The notes below the pieces were generated by a model. That model ran no database searches and had not been told where the DNA came from. It saw only the letters and a program-made list of their open reading frames with translations. A stretch of 64,000 nucleotides of DNA from Trypanosoma brucei (lineage: Eukaryota), in NCBI GenBank assembly GCA_000002445.1, contig CP000071.1:1280001-1344000 (forward strand), given 5' to 3'. The position numbers and the translations under genes are program-made. Positions 55,481 through 64,000 of the stretch are shown here, piece by piece. Each line of letters begins with the position of its first letter. Position 1 is the stretch's first letter.

Positions 55481-57385
55481 TCATTGCTTAAAGAGAAACA
55501 TAATGACGGAAACAAACGTGTGAAAACTAAGGGGCTCCAACGTATTCTTTACCAAATAATTACGGAAGTGAGCACGGTGATCTTCAAACCACAGCAGATG
55601 AACTGCCGGGCTGCGGTTGTATAGCCCCTCCATGTCCTCCCACATAACTTTACCGCATGGCGTGCTGCGTTCCAAAGCCATGAAAAGCGCACGAAGTCGA
55701 ACGGGGTGCGAAAGTAACAACGAAACATCGTCTACCTCAATCGTGGGGGGAATGTCATACATCGGTTGCGGGGTCGCGAACTTCGGTGCAACACGAGAGA
55801 GCACCGAATTACTTATGTACCCGCTGTGGCGGAAGGATAAATCGGCACCCGTCCCACAATCTCTTCCACTCGCGAAGGGCAATAAATACCTTTCCCCGGT
55901 GTGACCCTCTCCAACAGAGGGAAGAGGCACGGCAGCAGTGGCATCACTCTGTAATAGCTCCCGCTCACCTTCGCCATGCTCCTGCTGAAGTTGACCCTGT
56001 TGAGATTGCAAGGGGGGAAATATCGCTTGCACCGCACTTTCCAGTTCGTGCTCGCGCAGTAACAAGTCGAGCTCCCGCGCACGCAGTAGTTTGGCATTTG
56101 CCGCCAATTCTCGCTGTTGCTGCGCCAACTGGTGCTCCAGTTCCTTTGCTTTTTGTTGCCAGTCCCGAGCATTCAACTCACGATTTGCTGTCACGCTTCC
56201 TGGTCGGCCCTTCACGCCCTTCCTCTTCGAACCCAAAGGAGTCTCTCCAGTGTAATACGAAATGTGCGCCTGCATGTTTGCGTTCTTCACCGTCACAGTT
56301 GCCTCTAGTGTCGTCGGCCCTCGGGTTGGGGCACGGAGCCCCGGGAAAACCAGTTCACAGTGGGGCCTAACCGTAACCACACCCGCAATCTCACCGTGAT
56401 CCATGTAGCCGCTGAGTCCCGTGCAACCTGGACTTTCAGATGAAACACCCTGGTCACCCACCTCCGCTGTGGCATGATGAGGGGCGAAACCAAAGATGGC
56501 AGCAATGCATTCCCCCGCCTCTACAAGGTTGGACGCCGCATGCACAGCATTTCTAACCAAATCGTGACCAAAACGGGCTCGGATGCTGTTGGGAGAGTTG
56601 CAGCACGCGTCGACGGGGTTCTCCGGTCCAACGAGGGCTAACAAACGTTCCACGGCGTTTTCGCCCACGAGCTCCACCGCCAAACACGTCCCACCAAAAG
56701 CAAGGTGTTGTGTATGCTTCTGAAGAAGTTCCTGATACGGCAAATTTTCTAGCATGCGATTCCTTAAAACGGCAGCAGACGAGTACCTTGTTTCAGCGTT
56801 GTCGCAACCTTGCTGCACGTCAATGCTTTCTGCAGGAGGGAACAGAGACTTCTTATCACAGCCGTTAACAGACCCCTCGCTTGTTTCTCCATCATCAGCA
56901 GTTTTCGTTAAACCAGCATTAACGGCGTCACCCCCTTCACAACGAAGCTTCGTCAGCTGCATAATCTCTGCTATTATTACCTGACTTCGCTCTGGTTGGC
57001 TGGAGCCCTGCTTACTATCACTCTCACCGTCATTACTATTGCCCGAGCTTCCCCTCTCAGCGTTGTCCATTGCTCGCAGAGGTGTGGACTCGAGTTGCTT
57101 GTCACTGCTTGACTGGTTTTGGGAGATATTACCGGCCTTACGGTCGGGAAAAACTTTGTCAACCCTGTGTTCTGCGTACCGGGAGCGCCGGACGCTCGGA
57201 AACATCTTCACGATCATTTCGGCCTGCTTTGGTGTTATGATGAAGCTTTTAGCTATCACCCGGAAACCCTCATCTGCCACTATCTGAAGAATATTACGAT
57301 GGTATTGCTCAGCATCAGGTTTGCACAAAAGAAAGGTGTGCTCAGCCACCTGAGTTGCTTGTGCCTTTCTCGTTTTTTTGAACAT
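55481..57385 (-). CDS. nucleoside diphosphate kinase (NDK)-like domain protein (634 aa) with a large low-complexity insertion splitting the NDK fold, a coiled coil and a C-terminal domain of unknown function
   Basis: N-terminal EHTFLLCKPDAEQYHRNILQIVADEGFRVIAKSFI matches the NDK consensus [37 protein letters not shown]. About 190 aa later, GPENPVDA..NSPNSIRARFGHDLVRNAVHAAS matches [30 protein letters not shown], with the catalytic His retained. Then QQKAKELEHQLAQQQRELAANAKLLRAREL (coiled coil). Confidence 0.65.
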   Translation of the reverse strand: MFKKTRKAQATQVAEHTFLLCKPDAEQYHRNILQIVADEGFRVIAKSFIITPKQAEMIVKMFPSVRRSRYAEHRVDKVFPDRKAGNISQNQSSSDKQLESTPLRAMDNAERGSSGNSNDGESDSKQGSSQPERSQVIIAEIMQLTKLRCEGGDAVNAGLTKTADDGETSEGSVNGCDKKSLFPPAESIDVQQGCDNAETRYSSAAVLRNRMLENLPYQELLQKHTQHLAFGGTCLAVELVGENAVERLLALVGPENPVDACCNSPNSIRARFGHDLVRNAVHAASNLVEAGECIAAIFGFAPHHATAEVGDQGVSSESPGCTGLSGYMDHGEIAGVVTVRPHCELVFPGLRAPTRGPTTLEATVTVKNANMQAHISYYTGETPLGSKRKGVKGRPGSVTANRELNARDWQQKAKELEHQLAQQQRELAANAKLLRARELDLLLREHELESAVQAIFPPLQSQQGQLQQEHGEGERELLQSDATAAVPLPSVGEGHTGERYLLPFASGRDCGTGADLSFRHSGYISNSVLSRVAPKFATPQPMYDIPPTIEVDDVSLLLSHPVRLRALFMALERSTPCGKVMWEDMEGLYNRSPAVHLLWFEDHRAHFRNYLVKNTLEPLSFHTFVSVIMFLFKQ

Positions 57386-58691
57386 TGTCCCTCTAACAAG
57401 ATGCCCACGGTGGCTAAAACTTCCCTTTCCTCACACGCCCTCCACCGTATGGGCCTGTGTGTAGTTTAATTTACTGTCGCCTTCTTTATCTTGTGTATAT
57501 ATGTATACTGTCGATCTTCCCGCTGCCAAGTTTTTAGAGGATTCCCCTAGTGACTTGTTGCTTCGCTATTTTCTGTATGAACATCGCGCGCGCATGGCGG
57601 CAAGGATAAGCAAAATCATATAAATAAGGGGGAATTATCGAAAAGGGGGGAGCATGCCAGTGAAGCCGTTGTATATTCAAACCGTAAAGGAACAACAGTC
57701 GACACACACCATCGAACAACAAACCGCCGTAAACGACCGAAGAAGCAAGCAATTAAAAGTGACCATGTGGCTCCCACGTAGCGCCCAAAGCTCCACTCAC
57801 TTCTGCATCTAAACGACGCCGGTTGCGGACCGCTCTGCAAGAAACTCCACCTCACGAGGAAACAGGAATAAAAATATGCAGTCCAAAGCAACGTGTTGTG
57901 AGAGAGTGACAGAAAGTTCAATAAAAACTACTCCGCACGAAAGGGGTGGGGAAGGTGAGGGAACCAATAATACGAACGAGATGGAAATGAAAAGAATAGT
58001 TTGGCTGCTGTGTATTCGTTTTTTTTTTGTTTCAGCCTCCTTTTCTCTTTATTTTGTACTTTCAGGCCTTCCCCTACCTTTTCCTTCTTCACTTAACCGA
58101 TACAACACCACAGCAAACCCCTCGTTGCAAGTGGCGCGCTCCGCACCGTGATGTATATAGCAAACTGGAAAAACCACCGGATGATGTTGTCCTTTAAAAA
58201 CTCGCACTAATGTGTAGCGCTCAAATTCATTCCCAACGCGTACACTCGACATATATACACCTGTGTGCGCACATGTGGTAGGAAAGAAGCAAATATTAAA
58301 TGGAAGCAAATAAATGTGCATACATATATGTATATATAAATATTTGCATTATTTATATGCAACTTCGCACTACGAAGAAACTGGTAGTACTAGATGTGCC
58401 ACACGCACTGTTTTCATTCCTTTCCACTTTTCAACATATGGTTCCACACCATACTGCACTCAATTCCCTTCACATTATCATTCCCCCTTCCCCTCCTCCT
58501 CATCCTCTTCCTCTTCCCATCATTCCCGATTTTATATGATCTCTTTTTTTTTTTGCTATCGCTTTTTCTACCAGTCCCCCCCCTCCTCTCGCGTGTTTTG
58601 GCTGTCGAAATGAGAAATAATTCATAACCCCGCCTCCTTCCCACATCCTCTCCTCTCTTCTCCCCTCTTCAACGCACTGCTATGACGCATC

Positions 58692-59471
58692 TTACACTTT
58701 TCCAGCGAGCGGAACTCCATACGCCCCACATCTGTGAACCCCTTCCACAATTTGTTTACAAGCGTACCATGCAACGCACTGCTGCGTAAAAAGGTAGTTA
58801 AGTGCCATGAAAAAGCACACAATCACTTCTACCGCAACTTCAACGGATTGAAGTGTGCAATCGGGAGGTTCGTTTTCTTCACTCTGTCGGCAAACATAAA
58901 GGGTGACATGCCCCATTCCAAGCGTAATTGCAGTGAGAGCAAATGCAATGAGAGAAATAAGCTGCTGTATAAAGAATATTTTAGTGCTTGGTTTTTTACA
59001 GTGCAGCAAAATGGACAAGGCAGCAGAAGCCACAACAAATAATAGGGCCACAATACACATGAAACCATGCACAAATCCCCATTCAGTTTTCACCATGGAA
59101 GTTATCCAAGCAACGACAAGTACTACAATTGCCGGAAAGCTCAAAACGGTGCACGTGAGGTTGGTCCACATGACCGCCGCGGACTTCCGCTTTATTTTCG
59201 TCATCTGCTTAGTGAGGTCTATCATATCGCCTTTGTAACGAAGCTGGAAATAAGTGCTTCTACAAAAGAAAAACGGGATGCGGTGCCTGGCTAATTTCCT
59301 ACAACCAAACAACAGATCATCGAAGAGGAACATAAAGACATAAAGTAATTTAAAAAATGTATGGCACTGATGCGGATAATTATGAACACAAATAAAAGGG
59401 GAAAAAAGGAGCGCTGCGATGCGTTTCAAAGGAACCCGTCTCGGAATCTGCAACACAACCATCAGACGCAT
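58692..59471 (-). CDS. hypothetical multi-pass membrane protein (maximal ORF 259 aa; the true start is probably internal at about 59225, MIDLTKQ...)
   Basis: Four hydrophobic segments in the C-terminal 175 aa. The first ~80 codons overlap a purine-rich stretch that looks like a 5' UTR or splice region. Confidence 0.5.
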   Translation of the reverse strand: MRLMVVLQIPRRVPLKRIAALLFSPFICVHNYPHQCHTFFKLLYVFMFLFDDLLFGCRKLARHRIPFFFCRSTYFQLRYKGDMIDLTKQMTKIKRKSAAVMWTNLTCTVLSFPAIVVLVVAWITSMVKTEWGFVHGFMCIVALLFVVASAALSILLHCKKPSTKIFFIQQLISLIAFALTAITLGMGHVTLYVCRQSEENEPPDCTLQSVEVAVEVIVCFFMALNYLFTQQCVAWYACKQIVEGVHRCGAYGVPLAGKV

Positions 59472-59992
59472 TTAACGCCAATAAGAGAAGAAAACACCTC
59501 AACGCGAATAAGTCCAACAGAAACAAGTTCCCCCTCCCCGCAAAAAAAAAAAATGATAATAATAATAGCGGCACCACGTCAGTCTGTATCTGAAGGCGCA
59601 AATATAATCCCATCCCACTTCGGAAATTAGAAATAAAGACGTTATACCAATATACATAGATATAAACATTTACAAATCTAAGATGAGATTGGATGAAAAA
59701 ATATATTGACGCAACAGTTCACAAAAACTGAAGAAAACAAATAATGGTTACGTCAACAAATAATAATAATCTGTCATCAAAAGAAAAAAGAAACGAAGCC
59801 GCACAGTTGGGAACCACACACCAACAAAGTACAGTAGATGTTGATAGAATAGATAACATAAACTACTGGAATATATAGCGAGGCGTCGGTAATTTATGGA
59901 AGGGGGGGAAACAATAACAACAATACTCAAATGGATGCAAAGATTTTTTTCAAAAAAATAAAAAAGATATATAACTCCGACAACGTTTACAA

Positions 59993-60853
59993 CTATGGAG
60001 TATGCGCAAGAATCCTCCGAACGCCTTCCCGTTTATGCAATTCAAACGCACGTCGCAACTCCGTGTATTGTTCCTCGCTAATATCTCCCTTACCAAATCT
60101 TTGCGGCACAACTTGCATAAATTTTCCAATAAACAACTCGGGTGGAGGGGCCTTTTCGCTTCCGCCTCCCGCCAACCCAACATCAGACGCAGTCGGGTGG
60201 CTCCGGCGAAGCGCCTCCATCAAATGGCGCTGCTGTTCGAAAGGCACCCGAGGGAATGTCATCAACACATCGCAACGCAACACATGCGGTACGGTACTCA
60301 ACGCGGGCACTAAATGAAGCGACAATCCCTCCAACACATCATCGATGGCTTCACATGTGGACGAACACCCCAAGAAATCGAGCACTGGGGTAAGTATAAA
60401 AAGCGGATGCCGCCGCTGCCAAATGCAAATGTTGTACAGGCGGCGGTAGTAAGCAATGGTGGGAGCCGCTTCAGCAGCTGTTTTTACAGTCCTTGCGGCT
60501 TCGCTGATCCACTCGCATAAAATGCCGCGAGTGGCGTGCAGGATGGAGGAACAACGTGTAAGAACAGGAAGAGGCCACTCCACTAAACGTTGCAAAAAAG
60601 CCTCCGTACTGGTGTCAGAACGGTGGGGTTGCGGTTCAAGTTGCTGACGTCGCTTTTCCTCTGCAACGACCAGCAGTTGTTGAAGAGCCGCGCAGCCGCC
60701 AGCTCGACTATTGAGTGCAATGGAACGCAGTGCCCAAATTGTTGTGGAAGGAGCACGGTAAAGTGAAGTTCGGTCCTGCCAGTGTAACCCCCCAAGCATT
60801 TTGTCATTCATCATCTTGGGCGGGAGGAATCTGAAGCAGTTCCAGCGCTTCAC
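59993..60853 (-). CDS. hypothetical protein (286 aa)
   Basis: Minus-strand ORF in register with the gene array; no recognisable domain. Confidence 0.45.
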   Translation of the reverse strand: MKRWNCFRFLPPKMMNDKMLGGLHWQDRTSLYRAPSTTIWALRSIALNSRAGGCAALQQLLVVAEEKRRQQLEPQPHRSDTSTEAFLQRLVEWPLPVLTRCSSILHATRGILCEWISEAARTVKTAAEAAPTIAYYRRLYNICIWQRRHPLFILTPVLDFLGCSSTCEAIDDVLEGLSLHLVPALSTVPHVLRCDVLMTFPRVPFEQQRHLMEALRRSHPTASDVGLAGGGSEKAPPPELFIGKFMQVVPQRFGKGDISEEQYTELRRAFELHKREGVRRILAHTP

Positions 60854-60938
60854 ACCGCGGAGGGTGAGTTACGGTGCTGTCTGCTGTCTGAGATGCCGGC
60901 AAGTGTTCCTCCTTTGCTTCTTGTACAGCCTGCGTCTG

Positions 60939-60941
<3 letters not shown>

Positions 60942-60976
<35 letters not shown>
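60942..60976. repeat. (AT)n microsatellite
   Basis: About 17 AT units. Confidence 0.95.
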
Positions 60977-60978
<2 letters not shown>

Positions 60979-61120
60979 TTTATTTAAGCCTTAGGTTACT
61001 CTTTGTTTTATATCTGCCGCTTATTCTTTCCCCGTTCGCTAACCGCCCAGTGCGGTGATTCCAGCAGCGACACTCTCAAATTACCTTCAGATAGATAGTA
61101 AGTTCTATCTAACACAAGAA

Positions 61121-61200
61121 AATAATAATAATAATAACAATGATAATGATAACAAAAATAATAAAAATAATGATCGCAAGCAATGATAATGTTTGTAAAA
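61121..61200. repeat. imperfect (AAT/GAT)n trinucleotide repeat
   Basis: aataataataataataacaatgataatgataacaaaaataataaaaataatga. Confidence 0.8.
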
Positions 61201-61547
61201 AAAAAAAAATGAACACCAGCACAACACCAATACTTGTCCATTGCTAACGCCAGCTTTTCCTTCCCTCTCACAACAAAGCAAAAAAAAAAAAAAGAATACA
61301 AGGAAACAAATTCAAAGCGCCAAGCGCTCTTTCCATATTCCCTCCCTATCCATCCCTCCTCCTTCCTTTATCACTGACTATAGTCATTTGTGTGCACCCA
61401 AACTCAGTAACGTTCAGTAAAAGAGGAAGAGGGAATGAAAGTCATAAATGTTCCGCAAGCCTCAGGAGCAAAAACAAATAAATAAATAAAAAAGAGAGAG
61501 AGAGAGAAAGGAAGCCGCAACCGGCGATTCCTCGAGTTCCGCACATG

Positions 61548-61970
61548 TTAACACAACTCAAGCTCAAAAGCTGGCGCCGCCACGCCGAAACGATAGCGGC
61601 ACGGCACATACGGCGGCGTTGGACAGTCGTCATCATCGACATCTCCATCACTATCAGGTGGTAACGCGCGGAGGATAAAATCATCATCATCATCATCATC
61701 GTTATCAATTAGTGCTTCCGCATCCCTCACCACAACACGCCAATCATCTCCTCCCGCAGAAGCGAGTTTAGATGTGAGTGATCCGTCATTATCCTCGTCG
61801 TCAGACTCAAATGGGTTCCGCAGCCGTAAAGGGTAACTGAGTACTCCCAACGTATCATCATCATTATTATCATTTGCCTTTGTATACATTCTATGGTTTG
61901 ATTCTTTGTCGTGGTTAATTAACTTAATGTTTCCCTTCCGCATTTGCGTTTCTAATCCAAGCCCCTCCAT
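61548..61970 (-). CDS. hypothetical acidic protein (140 aa) with poly-Asp runs
   Basis: Minus-strand ORF. The D8 and D4 tracts are encoded by atc/gtc repeats at about 61630-61710. Confidence 0.4.
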   Translation of the reverse strand: MEGLGLETQMRKGNIKLINHDKESNHRMYTKANDNNDDDTLGVLSYPLRLRNPFESDDEDNDGSLTSKLASAGGDDWRVVVRDAEALIDNDDDDDDDFILRALPPDSDGDVDDDDCPTPPYVPCRYRFGVAAPAFELELC

Positions 61971-64000
61971 CTACACCCACACGTAAACTATAAAATGGTA
62001 ATAATAATAATAACAACAATAACCCTGTGGGTCAACTGTATGCTCTCGAAAGTAAGAAAAAAAGGAAGTTAGCGGCAACGATTCAAGGAAAAAGAGGATG
62101 AGTAAAGGAACGTGAACAAGAAAAAAAAATTGGTTGAAAATAGAAAAGGAAGATTTCAAAGAAAAAAGAAAGAAAGAGAGGAAATAGGAAGAGCACGGGA
62201 CAAAAATTTAAAAACTATCCGACAGCAACATACGCATGCCAAAGATACGTATACACACGTAGTCACGGGTAACCAAATCTCATCACACGCGTAGTTCAAT
62301 ATCTAACATTACGACAGAGGCGCATAAGAGTGAAGAAGAGCTCAGGTATCAAAATTGTTTCGTGAAGTGATAGTACTAACCGCAGTGGGCCGATATTCGC
62401 AATGCTTTGGGCCTTTCCAAAGCGGATGTATTAAGTCAAGTTTAGGTTAGTGAAGGAGAGGAAATATACATATGTCCATAAATACACCAATACGTGCGGG
62501 TTTAGAGTAAAGAGGAAGATAACAAAGTCATTAACAACATGCAGCACCTCCCTTACATATATATATATATATATATATTTATTTATTTAATATATACTTC
62601 CTCTCTTTACTGATCCCTCTCTTTTCCTCTTTTTCACTCTATATCCACTCCTTCATTCCCACTTCAGCACTTGCAGCAGGGACTACAGGAAGCACAAACG
62701 GTGTAATCATTGCTCTGTTGACACATTTGCTAGTTTTACAGTCTTCCTTCCCTTTTTTTCTTTCTTCCTCTCATTCTCGCATTAGCCCTCTAAACAAAGG
62801 TAAAACGTGTCAAGGCAAAAGGAAAAAAAGGGGGAGGGTAACATTCTCTCTTTCACTCTTTCGAACCCGAGCGCATTCACACACATATGCACCAACTCCT
62901 CTCCTTTTTCTTCCCCTCCTTTCCTATTTTTTTTTTCTCTCTTTCTCTCTCTATATATATATATTCCCCTGCTCTTTGTTTTTGTTTTTTGTTTGTTTTA
63001 CGTGTGGAATTTTTATGTATTTCTCCTCGTATCGCCTTCCCTTCGCCATGAGGCTCTCAGACATGAGAAATGAGAGAAGTTTCCTTCGCACTCAATTTGT
63101 TCTCTTTTTTTTTTTCTTTTAAGGCTTTTGAAAACTCCCGCACCTCATCTCATCTCATCTCATCTCTCCCCTCCTCCCCCGCCTTCACTTCTCACGCTTT
63201 ACTCCACTCATTCACTCGCCATATATGTTCCGTCACTCATTTCCTTCCCCCTTTTCCCATGGGATCAACAACACCAAAAAAAAAAACAACTGATGATAAA
63301 GTAAAAACAAAAACAAAAACAAGGCAACAACAACGACAAAAGAAATAATAGGGAAGAAACAACACAAGAGTAGGCGGACACTCACAGAAAAATAACCAAA
63401 CAAAACTTATCTGTTTATGCGTTAGTTTTTATTGTTATGAAGGATTACAAGTAAACCAAAAGAAAAAGTTAAAAAAAAGGAGGGGGGTAAAGAAGGGAAA
63501 ATATGGAACGGCCATCTATCAAAAAAGTGAAATGAAAACAATAAAAGACGAACAGAGGACGAAGGGAAAGAACGAAATAAAAAAAAATTTAAAGGACAAG
63601 AAAAGGCTTCAAACATAAAGCAGGGGAACCACTTTTCCTTACTCTTTTCTTTCAAACCTTCCTTCACCACCACAAAAACACACAAACAAGAGAAGACATA
63701 TAAGAGGGAAGAATAGAAATCCACGGGAACGCTTCATTTTTTTTTTTCATTCCTTTCTTCCATTCTTTGCGCACGAATACTGCACAGCACAGCTCGCATC
63801 ATGGAACCAATGAAGGAAGGAAAGAGGAATGAAAGGAAAAGAAAAGAAAAGAAGAAGAAACACACAACATGGGACAATAAATAAAATAAAAGCAGAGAAG
63901 AAAAAAAAGAAGAGAAGAACCCCATTATGTGGTGAGTTATTCCAGTAACTTCTTTTACTTCTTTTTCCATCCACTCTCTTTCGTTACTGCATGTTGCAAC

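Noticed and set aside
59226-59471. N-terminal 80 codons of the 58692..59471 ORF
   Set aside because: The region is purine-rich on the plus strand (pyrimidine-rich on the coding strand) and reads as a 5' UTR or splice region rather than protein. I kept the maximal ORF coordinates but expect the true start near 59225.
1-64000. Search for tRNA-like T-loop/acceptor patterns (GGTTCGAATCC-type), rRNA, CRISPR arrays, IS/transposon ends or a prokaryotic defence system
   Set aside because: No T-loop consensus occurs outside coding regions. No direct-repeat/spacer array and no terminal inverted repeats were found. The window is eukaryotic (trypanosomatid), so a prokaryotic-style 'system' is not expected.

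Overview
The window reads as a trypanosomatid (Trypanosoma brucei-group) chromosome-core segment. The basis is compositional: purine/pyrimidine-rich intergenic spacers of roughly 0.4-2.5 kb, abundant (AT)n/(CA)n microsatellites, no introns, and gene-dense single-strand coding. Every convincing gene lies on the minus strand, so the whole 64 kb is one stretch of a single polycistronic transcription unit with no strand-switch region. No rRNA, tRNA, CRISPR or prokaryotic defence/mobile system is visible. I call 23 protein-coding genes. One is a large IQ-motif protein (1..4160, minus) that runs off the window edge and is therefore missing from the ORF track. Recognisable products are a Rab11-like GTPase, an eIF2B-family subunit, ARPC2, uridine phosphorylase, a divergent mitochondrial carrier, a Nop15/NIFK-like RRM protein, a SPEF1/CLAMP-type CH-domain protein, a J-domain protein, a MIF4G/eIF4G-like protein and an NDK-domain protein whose kinase fold is interrupted by a long insert. 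The most unusual items are a tandem pair of divergent paralogous polytopic membrane proteins (11050..14181 and 16185..20291), the split-NDK protein, and the IQ-array protein with internal repeats. From memory only, the order Rab11 ... uridine phosphorylase ... eIF4G5-like matches T. brucei chromosome 8 (roughly Tb927.8.43xx-45xx); this could not be checked here.
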